DNA of 64,000 nucleotides from contig NIVC01000640.1 of the NCBI GenBank assembly GCA_002269645.1, forward strand, positions 434,001 through 498,000, written 5' to 3'. Below are positions 26,093-39,488 of the stretch, piece by piece. Every line of letters begins with the position of its first letter. The first letter of the stretch is position 1. Source of the stretch: Macrostomum lignano (lineage: Eukaryota). The notes below the pieces were generated by a model that saw only the letters and a program-made list of their open reading frames with translations, was not told the origin of the DNA and made no database searches. The position numbers and the translations under genes were made by a program.

Positions 26093-29000
26093 TCACAGGT
26101 CGCTGTGCTGCTTTAACGGCCGTCTTTGCTGCGGCACCGGGTGCGACGGCTCCAGGTTGGAACGCGGCGTGTACCAGTAGGGCGACTGCTGGCTGGCCGA
26201 AAGAGAGGCCGAGACGCCGCCGACGCTGCCGCCTCCAACGCTGCTGCCGCCGATGCTGTTGCCGCCGACGCTTGCATTGGAGCCGCGTCGATAGGGCGCC
26301 GGAGGCTGCGACTGCACCGGGATCGGGAAGTTCGTGTTGACGGGCTTCGTCACCGTTGGAGTGGCCGGCAGTCGGCGCTGCTGCTGACGCTGGTTGGCCG
26401 CGTAGACAGCGGCTGCGGCTGTGTCGGCCGATTGGATCGCGCTGGCGGCGTCGGCCTCGGCCAGCAGATTGCCCATGGAGTTGGAACGGCGCCACTTGGA
26501 GCCGGCGCGGGCGTTCGGACCGAGGTTGGAGCGGCGAGGTACAATTGGCGGCGGCTGCAACTGCTGCTGCTGCTGCTGCTGCTGTTGTCGGTGCTGCTGC
26601 GGCTGGTTTTGGTGGCTGCCCAGGATGCAGCTGCTCACGCTCCTGGGTTGGATGAGGACTGGCGTTGTTAACTAAGGCATGCGGTGAATAAATCTGGACA
26701 ATTTTGATACACTTGCTCAGTGTATTTTCATGAGTGATGGGTTAAGCTTGCTCTATTCTCATATTCTGTGGTAGCAACACTATCCTAACTTACGGCGCAT
26801 TGGCGGACGCTGCCGACCGGACAGACGATTCGCGGCTGAGGTCGGACACGAGGCTGCGGGCGTCGTACACCTGTCCGGAGAGCAGCTGAGGGGTTTAGGT
26901 AGAGGAAATTCGATGAACAGCGATGAAATGCGATGAAATAGCATGCATGTAAATGCTAATCACTAATCAGTCTACTCACAGACTCGGAGCAGTAGTCAGT
27001 AGAAGACGTATTTCTAGGACTGCTGCTATGGTAGGCGGAGGACACGGACCCGGCAACGGAGCAGGTATCCGGGCCGCCTTGACTAGTGAAACCGGCACCC
27101 GCGCCCGCTCCGTTGATGTAGGCGAAGCTGGACGAATGCGACAGGGTGTCCTCGTCGAACCAGTCGGCGCTGGACATCTGGTCCCGGATGTAGCGGGCCC
27201 TCAGGTTTAGCTGAGACAGCTGCGAAGTTCAAATGGTGGAGTTCCATTTTAAACTACGGTTCAGTTACTTCAGGTCCAGGATGTTTCTAAACTTTAAGAC
27301 AGCTCATGGTTGGTAAGTTATTCCTCACCTTCTCCAGCGCCAGCTGGTAGTCCGCAGCTCGTTGCTTTTTCACGTGCCTCGGCTGTCGAGTGGCCTTGGC
27401 CTCGCGAAGCAGCCGGACGTGCGCGTCCACCATGGCCTTCTGGACGGAGATTTCCTGCTTCACCGATTCCATCTGCAATTGTGCAGGGTTCGGAGATTGG
27501 GGCAGCTTTGTTATTGATTGACTTGGACTTATATAGGATCAGAGACAAGCTCAGCTCACCTCAACAGATAGCACTGAGTCCGTGTCTGTGCCAATGGCGT
27601 CGGTGTCAACTGCCACCAGGAATTGAGTTGGCAGGCACAACGTGCTCCCGAGACCGCCTGGTCGTAACCTCTGCTGCTGCTGTTGCTGCTGCTGCTGCTG
27701 TCTTTGAGGTTGCTGCTGGAGATGCTGCGTCTGCTGCATCTGTTTGCCTGTGAGTTCCTGCGCGTTCAGAAAATTGATTTACTCGTAACTGTTAAAGTCT
27801 GAACAGCTGTAGGCGCTAGTTACAGGTACTTACCTTCAGCCAGCAGTTAACCTTAATGCTGGCACAGCGCAGGTCATACGGGGTCACTTCCGGAGGGTCG
27901 AGCATGATATTATTCACCTAGATACTAGCCTAATTTTTGCTTGCTACTATCGACTGCTGAGTATTTCTCTGTATCCTAGCGAAAGTAAGTTTTTATTATT
28001 CGATTAGGGCTCTGTAATTCGAACTGACACAAAGAGAAATATAGCAGAGGAACCTTAAGCGAGGGTAACAAAGAATCTATATAGTATAACGAGGCGTTTT
28101 GCCGGGGGAGTGGTGGGGGAGGGCAAGACCCAGACAAGACTGTGTTTGGGGTGGGGCCTGTGGGGCGCTATAGGGATGAGTCACCGCGAGCGCAGAGCAG
28201 TGAAGAGAAGCATAGGGGACAGAAAGGTAGAGTGTAAAACAGGGGTAGGTGTGCTGGAGCAGGAGAGGGAAGAGAGAACCCCGTCAAATCCAGCACCCAC
28301 CACCCCATGTGCGGAAAGAGGCATGGGGTGGTGGAGCCTGTCCTGTTTTTTTCTCTCTCCTATCCCCTCTCCTCTCCCCTCTGCGCGCTCTCTCTCTCTC
28401 TCTCTGCTTGCTTATCTTTCTCTCGTTCGTTAATAATCCAACACGCGACAGCGACGACAATGCATGGACTGGTATTTAGGTCTAGGGTTAGGGTTAGGGT
28501 TAGGGGAGAGGACGTCTGAGTCACCACTGGACGGCCACAGGCTTAAGGCCCAAACTACACGCACTAAAGCGGAAAGCAGTGAAAAAGAGGAGGGGAGGCC
28601 GGAGGGCGCTTCTTTCCAATTTACAGTGGTTCCATGCCGCCCTGGGGCTGAATTGATAATCGTAAAAACTGCGGAAAGAGCATACGGCCTTGTGTTCTTA
28701 TCTTCTTCGATTAGAGAAAAGCGGCGGGGTGGTGGCGCTGTATCAGTTTAACAAATTTATAACCCTGTTAGAGGGAGACTACCGGTTTGGCCTTGCGAGA
28801 ATTGGGAAAATAGGCTCACTGCGCAGTATACTACTAATAAGCAATTCCCCCCATTCTAAACTGACCTGTCCTCTCCTGACCCTGACCCCTGACCTGACCT
28901 TATGAAGACAGGCGACAGGTATGGAAACAAATTGTGCCAGCGACTGGACAAGACAGTACAGATTATAGGTCCAGGGTGCTGTAGGAATGATATAAATGTG

Positions 29001-32000
29001 ACAGATGCAAGGGACTGTAGAAAACTTAGGGTAGAAAATGGCCAGTGACGGACAGGGAGTGACTGGAGAGTGACATGTAGGAGTGATGGAGAGTGACATG
29101 TAGAAGTGATGGAGAGTGACATGTAGGAGTGATGGAGAGTGACATGTAGGAGTGATGGAGAGTGACATGTTGGAGTGATGGAGAGTGACATGTTGGAGTG
29201 ATGGAGAGTGACATATAGAAGTGACATGTAGGAGTGATTCACACTCCTGAGAGTGACATGTAGGAGTGATGGAGAGTGACATGTAGAAGTGACTGTAGAG
29301 GGACATATAGAAGTGACATGTAGGAGTGATGGAGAGTGACATGTAGGAGTGATGGAGAGTGACATGTAAAAGTGACTGGAGAGTGACATATAGAAGTGAC
29401 ATGTAGGAGTGATGGAGAGTGACATGTAGGAGTGATGGAGAGTGACATGTAGAAGTGACTGTAGAGGGACATATAGAAGTGACATGTAGGAGTGATGGAG
29501 AGTGACATGTAGGAGTGATGGAGAGTGACATGTACAAGTGACTGGAGAGTGACATATAGAAGTGACATGTAGGAGTGATGGAGAGTGACATGTAGAGGTT
29601 ATTGGAAAAGGACATGCGGAAGTGACGGACAGGGACATGTAAGAGTGACATGTAGAAGTGACGGAGAGTGAATTGTACATGAAGGAGTGACAGATTAGAG
29701 ACTGACATACTGTATAGGAGCGACTGAAACTGAAGCATTAACCTGAACAACAAGTAATAATAGGAGAAGCGTCTCACCCGTTCCCTAGCCAGCAGCGCCT
29801 GCAGCTGAGCCTCCTTTGCAGATTTCTGCTCGCGCAGTTCGGCCAACAGTTCGCGCAGCTCCAAGTAGCGCTGCTGCATCCGGGCTCGCTCCGCCGGGTC
29901 CTGCATTTTCTGGCTCAGCGCCAGCATCATCCGACTGCCGCTATGCACGGTGAGGTAGCCGCTCTCCTTTGAGGCGGCCGAGCCGCGCGATCCCGACAGC
30001 AGCTCCGAGGAGCCGCGCCGACTGCCGAACAGCAGGTTCAACGGGCCGCCCGAACTTCGGCGGCGCTGCTGCGCTGAGGCCGGCTCTGCCGACGCTGCTG
30101 GCGCAGCAGCGATGCCGATAGGGTGCAGGTCTCGGCCTGCAGGCTTCTTGCTGCGGACTGGAAAGCAGATGATGCAGAAATCCTGACTGTGTGTGGATCA
30201 CAGCCCTTTTGCCCCCCTGATTGCATAACCCTGTAACCTTACCAACACTTTTAAAGGGCCTGGATGCTTCTCTTTTGCTTGTCCTCTTTTCTAAAGACAA
30301 CTTGATATTCTGGATAGCTATGTGCCCTGGTTAGAGACATCTAGTGACCCTGGCTTCTAGCTAGAGACCCTGTTCTCCATCTAGAGACCCTGGCTTCCAG
30401 CTAGAGACCCTGTTCTCCATCTAGAGACCTCTGGCTTCCAGCTAGAGACCCTGTTCTCCATCTAGAGACCTTTGGCTTCCAGCTAGAGACCCTGTTCTCC
30501 ATCTAGAGACCTTTGGCTTCCAGCTAGAGACCCTGTTCTCCATCTAGAGACCCTGTTGTGACGTTGTCAGTTTAAGGTGGTCCCGAAAAGGGCCGTTGGA
30601 CTGCTGGTTTTCCATAGTCATTCAACCCTTCAGTTTCACCGCTTCAACTAAACTTTTCCATTCGTTTATTGCGACGTTTACTTGTAGTAGTGCCCAACGA
30701 TTTTGTGGCAATTTCTAATTCACTGTATATTTTGCTATCCTCTCTCGCGACCGTATAAAATTGGCACGATCGATAATTTTAAGTTCTCTCGCCAGCCAAT
30801 GAAATCACTCGTGCTCGCGCTACCCCCCTCTGCGCTCTTTTATTAAACCCCCCGCCTGGCGGCGGGCACCCCTCACGCTTTTTCGTCTCTCCCCGCCTGT
30901 CCCTTGTTTCCTTCCCTGCGGCCTCTTAGCTGTCTTATCTGTTTGTCTGGCTGCCTCGAGCCTCCTTATTTCTCACCACGGCCCTTCTGTCTGGGCCAGC
31001 CTGCTCACACACTTACTTGACTGTTTCACGCCACGACCGACGCCAAACTCGCCACTACGTTTCACTGCCTTCACTGTGCTCATAGCCACTGCTCACGTCA
31101 CGTCGCCATTGTGTCATTCGCCTGCCACTTGACTTCATATCCAATTTATATTCAACCCATTGCTGCAGCCGCCAGTGCCCAGAAAGCTATAGTCTGTTTA
31201 TTGCCAGTAACAACCAAACTTAATACTGATATTAACAATAAAGACAACTACGGCAGTCCCTGCCTTTATCGCCAAGTGCTCCGCTACAAAATCCGCTTTA
31301 CAAGAATTGACTTCAACTTATTTTGGGACTAAAACGGCCCTTTTAAGGGTCACCGCATAGCTGGCCGCTACGCCAATAACGTGACACTGTTCTCCATCTA
31401 GAGACCATGTTCTCCATTTAGAGACCCTGTTCCCCATCTTGAGACCCTGCTCTCGATATAGAGATCCTGGAGTACCATTTAGAAACTATAGCACATTTCT
31501 GGGCCTTAAAGAATTCCGTTTGTAGTACAAGCGTAGAGCTGCTGACACCCTCTGTAGAGACCGCTAGCCCAATTCCGTTGCAGAAAAATATGCATTCTTC
31601 AATGTTAATTTATATTCATTGTGTGCTTACTGAGAATTTTTTAGTTTTGCACAGTAAGTCTGCTTGTGATTTTGAAGCTAAAATATCAGTGGCGTCTCTG
31701 AGATCCAGCTGTGCGTCAGGGAAATGGGTCAACTACAGCGAGTACGCTTGAGCACGTACAATTCACAGACAACGGAGGTGGTTGAGAATCCTCTCATTAA
31801 TTTCTGTCCCCAGTTTGCCTAGGCTTTCTGTTGCTATTTTTAGTAACAAGCTAAATAGCTTTCAGAGCTGAGACCTCACGTTTTCCTGTGTATTCCGCGA
31901 CATTTCTCTTTCATATTAGCACTATTCTACTCACATGAGTAGACAGGCTCGATCGTTCAGATATATTTTCTCTCTCACTAAATCGAATCTTTTTTTAAAG

Positions 32001-33952
32001 GATTACAGCGGGAATAATTCGAGTATGAAACAGTTTTCTTGTAGCCAAATATTTGCGCAAATGTAAGCCCCGTGAAAATGATCGTAAATCATGGCTGGAG
32101 TTCGCAACGGAATTGCTTGTTGGGCGTGCTAGTGTTGGTGCATTGAATCGCATGCCAAAAGCATAATTTGTATGCGAATCAAATAACGCCTATCGTTTTG
32201 GTTGTAGCCTATGCTTGGAACAAGAATTAGGTGTGCAGTTCGGAGTCTAAGTGCGAGAACTGAAGTCTTCGGTGTGAGGAATCGGGTACTCAGTATGAGG
32301 AATCGGGTACTCAGTGTGAGGAATCGGATACTCAATATGAGGAATCGGGTACTCAGTGTGAGGAATCGGATACTCAATATGAGGAATCGGGTACTCAGTG
32401 TGAGAAATCGGGTACTCAGTGTGAGGAATCGGGTACTCAGTGTGAGGAATCGGGTACTCAGTGTGAGGAATCGGGTAATCGGGTACTCAGTGTGAGGAAT
32501 CGGGTACTCAGTGTGAGGAATCGGGTAATCGGGTACTCAGTGTGAGGAATCGGGTACTCAGTGTGAGGAATCGGGTAATCGGGTACTCAGTGTGAGGAAT
32601 CGGGTACTCAGTGTGAGGAATCGGGTACTCAGTGTGAAGAATCGGGTAATCGGGTACTCAGTGTGAGGAATCGGGTACTCAGTGTGAGGAATCGGGTACT
32701 CAGTGTGAGGAATCGGGTACTCAGTGTGAGGAATCGGGTACTCAGTGTGAGCCTGTCGCCAAGACTTACTCTGCGGTGACCCTGACCGCGCCCCGCCACC
32801 AGCGCTGAGCTCCAGCGAGTCCGCCCTGTCCCGGCTGACCGCGCTGACTCCGGCTGGAGCTGTCTGCACCGAGCTGCTGCTGCCGAACTCAGCAGGTCCG
32901 CCTACTCTGAAGCCGTTGAGATTTGCAGCTTCTCGGCTGGGTGAAGGATTTGCCCGATCAGGAGCCGCAGTTGCCGCTGCTGCTGCCGCTGCTGCTGCCG
33001 CAGCCTTATTATGGAATTCTTTCAGGTCAGTCTGTCGTGTAGAAGTTTGGGATGCAATCAGATAAAGTAGGTTGTGTGAATATTAGGGTTGTAGTTTTAG
33101 ATTAAGCTTGGAGATGAGGCTGATGTAAGATTGAGACGTGGCTGATGTAAGATCGAGACGTGGCTGATGTAAGATCGAGACGTGGCTGATGTAAGATCGA
33201 GACGTGGCTGATATAAGATTGAGACGTGGCTGATGTAAGATCGAGACGTGGCTGATGTAAGATCGAGACGTGGCTGATGTAAGATCGAGACGTGGCTGAT
33301 GTAAGATCGAGACGTGGCTGATGTAAGATCGAGACGTGGCTGATGTAAGATTGAGACGTGGCTGATATAAGATTGAGACGTGGCTGATGTAAGATCGAGA
33401 CGTGGCTGATGTAAGATCGAGACGTGGCTGATGTAAGATCGAGACGTGGCTGATGTAAGATCGAGACGTGGCTGATGTAAGATCGAGACGTGGCTGATGT
33501 AAGATCGAGACGTGGCTGATGTAAGATCGAGACGTGGCTGATGTAAGATCGAGACGTGGCTGATGTAAGATCGAGACGTGGCTGATGTAAGATTGAGACG
33601 TGGCTGATGTAAGATTGAGACGTGGCTGATATAAGATTGAGACGCGGCTGATGTAAGATTGAGACGTGGCTGATGTAAGATTGAGACGTGGCTGATTTGA
33701 GCCTGAGATGAGGCCTAAGTGAAGCGAGTACTCAGCCAAAGATGCGATGACGAGTCAAGAAAACTGTTCCGTCACGTCCAAAACTACATGACGCCAGTCA
33801 CGATTGCAACCAGATTAAAGTCAGTTGGGTTAATGCAATGAATAGCTACAGCTCACCAAGTTATTGTCCGAGTGGAACCTGGACCCCTTCTCCCTGACGG
33901 ACAGGTAGACCTGTCGGCTGTCCCTCCGTTTCGACAACCGCTTGGATGACAT
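26093..33952 (-). CDS. CUPID-domain protein (FRMD4/CCDC120/INAVA family), ~650-678 aa; exons 33952-33857, 33031-32770, 30157-29778, [27917-27834 possible cassette], 27757-27560, 27472-27329, 27210-26980, 26885-26794, 26642-26093
   Basis: LRELLAELREQKSAKEAQLQALLARER|ELTGK and VKQEISVQKAMVDAHVRLL...KKQRAADYQLALEK|L match the FRMD4 CUPID motifs LCLREAELTGKLP and FAIQSQITEAARRLA...KKQRKTSYLNALKKL. All introns are GT-AG and phase-consistent. Long low-complexity Ser/Gln-rich C-terminus; TGA at 26093. The start codon is uncertain. Confidence 0.72.
29055..29700. repeat. 23-bp minisatellite (GAGTGACATGTAGGAGTGATGGA)n with variants
   Basis: Direct tandem repetition in a CUPID-gene intron. Confidence 0.92.
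30340..30556. repeat. ~20-bp repeat (TAGAGACCCTGTTCTCCATC); resumes at 31387-31460 after the solo LTR
   Basis: Units on both sides of the insertion. Confidence 0.85.
30557..31386. mobile_element. Solo LTR (830 bp), probably Gypsy-type
   Basis: Ends TGTGACGTT...AACGTGACA (imperfect 9-bp inverted termini, TG...CA). Flanked by a 4-bp TSD, CTGT (30553-30556, 31387-31390), and interrupts a minisatellite. No coding capacity. Minus-strand AATAAA near 30665 hints at minus orientation. Confidence 0.78.
32272..32750. repeat. 21-bp minisatellite (GAGGAATCGGGTACTCAGTGT)n
   Basis: Direct tandem repetition next to the donor at 32769. Confidence 0.95.
33110..33697. repeat. 22-bp minisatellite (GAGACGTGGCTGATGTAAGATC)n
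   Basis: Direct tandem repetition. Confidence 0.95.
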
Positions 33953-34548
33953 GAGCTCGGCGGTTGAGAAAAATCTCAGCTAAGTTGAGAACTGGGCAAT
34001 TAACAAAGCAGCCGCTTACGCCCCCACCATCTGTCCGTCAATACGCAGTCAGGTCTTCGAGGCGGTCGCTATCTCTGTGTCTACTCGTAGTATCGCGTCT
34101 CAGCTCGTATCTTGTCCTGTCGCAGGTTTTTGACTCTTTACCAAAAAGCCCTTTAATTGCGACACCGCAATGTCGCATGCACTTAGCTGTCTTTCTGACC
34201 GCCCGCTCAGGCCCGACTGTGCGCTCTCTTATTGCACAGAAACTGCAGCCAAGTGCGACGGAGGTTGGGGCGGTCTGAGCTGCGCAAATTCGTGTCGTCG
34301 AATGTCTCTCCGTTCGGTGCGCGCGCTCCTCCTACCCGCAGATCACTGCGACCCTGTTTGACCCTGCTTGGAGTAGCAATTCAGACTCTGTATTTATGAG
34401 CCTTGCAAAGACACGCAGAAATATTCTGCCACAGATGAAACGAGCATAAGAGATGCTGAGTGCTTGCACAATAGGAGGACGGGTCGTACTGGCGATTCCT
34501 GCCTCGAGGCGGTTTTTCTGCGCTCACAAAAGACGTTTTTTACGAATT

Positions 34549-34580
<32 letters not shown>

Positions 34581-34879
34581 CAGTCTTAGCTGCCCGATAC
34601 GGGGAGAGAGAATCAGAGAGAGGGCCCAAGCCCCAACTGCTCAAGATTTCGGTCGGTCTACTACTAAATTTGGCAGATAGCTGGGGTAAAGTTGTACGCC
34701 AAGAATCTCGAGTAAACTGCCCATATGCGAGCTGGGTGCCGAGCGCCTTTCTCGCCTGTCTTAGCAAGAGCTGCTCCACATGCAGAGATAGCCTCTACAT
34801 GTAGCAGATCCCGAGCCAGTCACACAGAGAAAAGTCACACTAGTTTGAAAATGTTGGAGTAATTAAATTGGTGATGATC

Positions 34880-37805
34880 CTTGCAGTTTGGATATCAGTG
34901 CAAATCATTGTAGTTTTTGGGGATCAGTGCAAATCCTTGTAGTTTTTGGGAATCAGTGCAAATCCTTGTAGTTTTTGGGGATCAGTGCAAATCCTTGTAG
35001 TTTTTGGGGATCAGTGCAAATCCTTGTAGTTTTTGGGGATCAGTGCAAATCCTTGTAGTTTTTGGGAATCAGTGCAAATCCTTGTAGTTTTTGGGAATCA
35101 GTGCAAATCCTTGTAGTTTTTGGGGATCAGTGCAAATCCTTGTAGTTTTTGGGGATCAGTGCAAATCCTTGTAGTTTTTGGGGATCAGTGCAAATCCTTG
35201 TAGGTTGGGGATCAGTGCAAATCCTTGTAGTTTTTGGGGATCAGTGCAAATCCTTGTAGTTTTTGGGGATCAGTGCAAATCCTTGTAGTTTTTGGGGATC
35301 AGTGCAAATCCTTGTAGTTTTTGGGGATCAGTGCAAATCCTTGTAGTTTTTGGGGATCAGTGCAAATCCTTGTAGTTTTTGGGGATCAGTGCAAATCCTT
35401 GTAGTTTTTGGGGATCAGTGCAAATCCTTGTAGTTTTTGGGGATCAGTGCAAATCCTTGTAGTTTTTGGGGATCAGTGCAAATCCTTGTAGTTTTTGGGG
35501 ATCAGTGCAAATCCTTGTAGTTTTTGGGGATCAGTGCAAATCCTTGTAGTTTTTGGGGATCAGTGCAAATCCTTGTAGTTTGGGGATCAGTGCAAATCCT
35601 TGTAGGTTGGGGATCAGTGCAAATCCTTGTAGTTTTTGGGGATCAGTGCAAATCCTTGTAGGTTGGGGATCAGTGCAAATCCTTGTAGTTTTTGGGGATC
35701 AGTGCAAATCCTTGTAGTTTTTGGGGATCAGTGCAAATCCTTGTAGTTTTTGGGGATCAGTGCAAATCCTTGTAGTTTTTGGGGATCAGTGCAAATCCTT
35801 GTAGCTTGGGGATCAGTGCAAATCCTTGTAGTTTGGGGATCAGTGCAAATCCTTGTAGGTTGGGGATCAGTGCAAATCCTTGTAGGTTGGGGATCAGTGC
35901 AAATCCTTGTAGTTTTTGGGGATCAGTGCAAATCCTTGTAGGTTGGGGATCAGTGCAAATCCTTGTAGGTTGGGGATCAGTGCAAATCCTTGTAGTTTGG
36001 GGATCAGTGCAAATCCTTGTAGGTTGGGGATCAGTGCAAATCCTTGTAGTTTTTGGGGATCAGTGCAAATCCTTGTAGTTTTTGGGGATCAGTGCAAATC
36101 CTTGTAGTTTAGAGGGATCAGTGCAAATCCTTGTAGGTTGGGGATCAGTGCAAATCCTTGTAGTTTTTGGGGATCAGTGCAAATCCTTGTAGTTTAGAGG
36201 GATCAGTGCAAATCCTTGTAGGTTGGGGATCAGTGCAAATCCTTGTAGTTTTTGGGGATCAGTGCAAATCCTTGTAGGTTGGGGATCAGTGCAAATCCTT
36301 GTAGTTTGGGGATCAGTGCAAATCCTTGTAGTTTTTGGGGATCAGTGCAAATCCTTGTAGTTTTTGGGGATCAGTGCAAATCCTTGTAGTTTGGGGATCA
36401 GTGCAAATCCTTGTAGTTTTTGGGGATCAGTGCAAATCCTTGTAGTTTTTGGGGATCAGTGCAAATCCTTGTAGGTTGGGGATCAGTGCAAATCCTTGTA
36501 GTTTGGGGATCAGTACAAATCCTTGTAGTTTGGGGATCAGTGCAAATCCTTGTAGGTTGAAGATCAGTGCAAATCCTTGTAGGTTGGGGATCAGTGCAAA
36601 TCCTTGTAGGTTGGGGATCAGTGCAAATCCTTGTAGTTTGGGGATCAGTGCAAATCCTTGTAGTTTTTGGGGATCAGTGCAAATCCTTGTAGTTTAGAGG
36701 GATCAGTGCAAATCCTTGTAGGTTGGGGATCAGTGCAAATCATTGTAGGTTGAAGATCAGTGCAAATCCTTGTAGGTTGAAGATCAGTGCAAATCCTTGT
36801 AGTTTAGAGGGATCAGTGCAAATCCTTGTAGGTTGAAGATCAGTGCAAATCCTTGTAGGTTGAAGATCAGTGCAAATCCTTGTAGGTTGGGGATCAGTGC
36901 AAATCCTTGTAGGTTGGGGATCAGTGCAAATCCTTGTAGGTTGAAGATCAGTGCAAATCCTTGTAGGTTGAAGATCAGTGCAAATCCTTGTAGGTTGGGG
37001 ATCAGTGCAAATCCTTGTAGGTTGGGGATCAGTGCAAATCCTTGTAGGTTGAAGATCAGTGCAAATCCTTGTAGCTTAGGGATTCAGTGCAAATCCTTGT
37101 AGTTTGGGGATCAGTGCAAATCCTTGTAGTTTGGGGATCAGTGCAAATCCTTGTAGGTTGGGGATCAGTGCAAATCCTTGTAGGTTGGGGATCAGTGCAA
37201 ATCCTTGTAGGTTGGGGATCAGTGCAAATCCTTGTAGGTTGGGGATCAGTGCAAATCCTTGTAGTTTAGAGGGATCAGTGCAAATCCTTGTAGGTTGGGG
37301 ATCAGTGCAAATCCTTGTAGTTTGGGGATCAGTGCAAATCCTTGTAGGTTGGGGATCAGTGCAAATCCTTGTAGGTTGGGGATCAGTGCAAATCCTTGTA
37401 GGTTGGGGATCAGTGCAAATCCTTGTAGGTTGGGGATCAGTGCAAATCCTTGTAGTTTAGAGGGATCAGTGCAAATCCTTGTAGGTTGGGGATCAGTGCA
37501 AATCCTTGTAGTTTTTGGGGATCAGTGCAAATCCTTGTAGTTTGGGGATCAGTGCAAATCCTTGTAGTTTGGGGATCAGTGCAAATCCTTGTAGTTTGGG
37601 GATCAGTGCGAATCCTTGTAAGGTTGGGGGGTCAGTGCAAATCTTTGCAGTTTACGGATCAGTGCGAATCCTTGTAGTTTGGAGATCAGTGCAAATCCTC
37701 GTAGTTTTTGGGGATCAGTGCAAATCCTTGTAGTTTGGGGATCAGTGCAAATCCTTGTAGTTTTTGGGGATCAGTGCAAATCCTTGTAGTTTTTTGGGGA
37801 TCAGC
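34880..37805. repeat. 27-29-bp minisatellite (GGGGATCAGTGCAAATCCTTGTAGTTT)n, locus 2
   Basis: About 2.9 kb of the same unit as 12688-13947, in the same orientation. Confidence 0.97.
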
Positions 37806-39488
37806 GCAAACCCGTAGCAGACAGACTGGGGATACTGAAGCGCAAGCATGAAATTGTGATTGAATGGCATGTGAAGCTGTGAGTCCTCAGCTACAGAGGC
37901 AAACCGAGGCGAAGGAATTATCTATTAAAATCTAGAAACTAGAAAAACCCGCATATTTTGCTACTCAAAGTAGCAGAAAAAGAGTTATTTCACACTCTAA
38001 CTAGCTAAATATTGCTTTAAAAGGTGAGACGCTTGAAAATGAAGTCAAGCCAGTCTTAATTTGCATCTAAGCTATTGCAATAAATTCAGAGAGAAAGCTC
38101 AATTGACTTTCTGCCTTGCGTCTGACCTAAAAAATGCGCCTCTTTGTCCGCTTGCATTTCTGCATTTTCAGTCTCAATCAAGCGGTCGCAGGTTGAATAG
38201 TGTCGAGTGTGGGAGAGGGCGAGTGAGGGCTCAAGGCTCCGTTCGGATTGTCTCAAATTACAGCAACATTCGGCCGCGTGTCAGGCTGGGCAGTCTTGCA
38301 TTCGAAATTAGTTTGAATTCGAACTAATTGGTCGCCTCTGGCCCTCTTGATTTCCTGTAGCCTTTTGCAATGCTATTTTAGGATATTATAAGCATCATAT
38401 TGTTGTCTGACTGTCTGAAACTTCAATAACACATTTTTAAATTAACAGCTTAACTAGCAGATTATATTATAAGTTCGATCGGTAACGCAGCACTCGACTA
38501 GCACAGCAACTGACTTGCTGGCAGATCTCGGTCGCAATCCTTGCCCACCAGCCCCTGGCTGAAACTGCGCAGTCCCCAAAGTTGTTGTTGGTGCAGCGCC
38601 CTCTGTTTTCGTTAAAGCCGAATTGCTCTTCGCTACAAACCAGCCGATTCCCAGGCAGCAGAAGCAGCAGCAGTAATTGAATACAGTAAAAAAAGAAGCA
38701 GAAAAAGTTTCAGACCCCCCAAGTAAAGAAGTGAGAGGTGGAGAACCAGAGAAAAGCAGCACTTGCCCGCCGCGGAGAGCCCGAAAAGCTGTGCAAAGCC
38801 CCCGTCTCCACCGGACTGGAACCAGCCGAACGGAAATGAAAGAAGAAACAAAGCCAAGGAAGAAGAAGAAGAAGAAAACGCATATAAATAGGCGTCAGTT
38901 TTAGAGACGACCAGGCGAGAGCGGCGGCGGCGGAGGCGCGCATTCCGAGGACAGCTTGGCGAGCTGACTGTCTGCAGATGGTGAGAGCACCGGCTATAGT
39001 TGTAGAGTTGAACCCGAAGGGGAGCTGCTTGAACTGACACACCGCCTGACAGCACTGTGTCATGGAGCTGCTCTCTTGCTGGTTCCTCTTCTGTCTTCAG
39101 GCCAACCCGCAGTTCTCTGATCCCAGTTCGCATGGTACAAATAAACTACCTTTTGCATGCTCAGCATGTTTTAAAATTGCCTTTTCGATTTGTCTTTTTT
39201 ATTTGTGTGTAATTGAGAGGGGCGCAGATACAACTGGGAAAGGGAGGAAAATATTTACAGTATAGCAAGTGATTGTCACTAAAAAGTTAATCTCCTCGGG
39301 CATTATACGAGCGATAAGAAAGTGTTTGATTATTGAATAGGTTAGTGTAAAAGGTGACACCGCAGGTGCACTGCATGATTTAAAACAATTTTACATACAC
39401 ATGGAGCAATCCGCCATTAGCTTTGCTACATAATCTAAGTGAGTTACCAGTAGCACACAGCCGGAGGCTGAGAAAGATACATGAAAGC

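Noticed and set aside
28480-28506. Interstitial telomere (TTAGGG)3-4
   Set aside because: Too short to indicate a fusion or healing site; similar short runs occur at ~51595.
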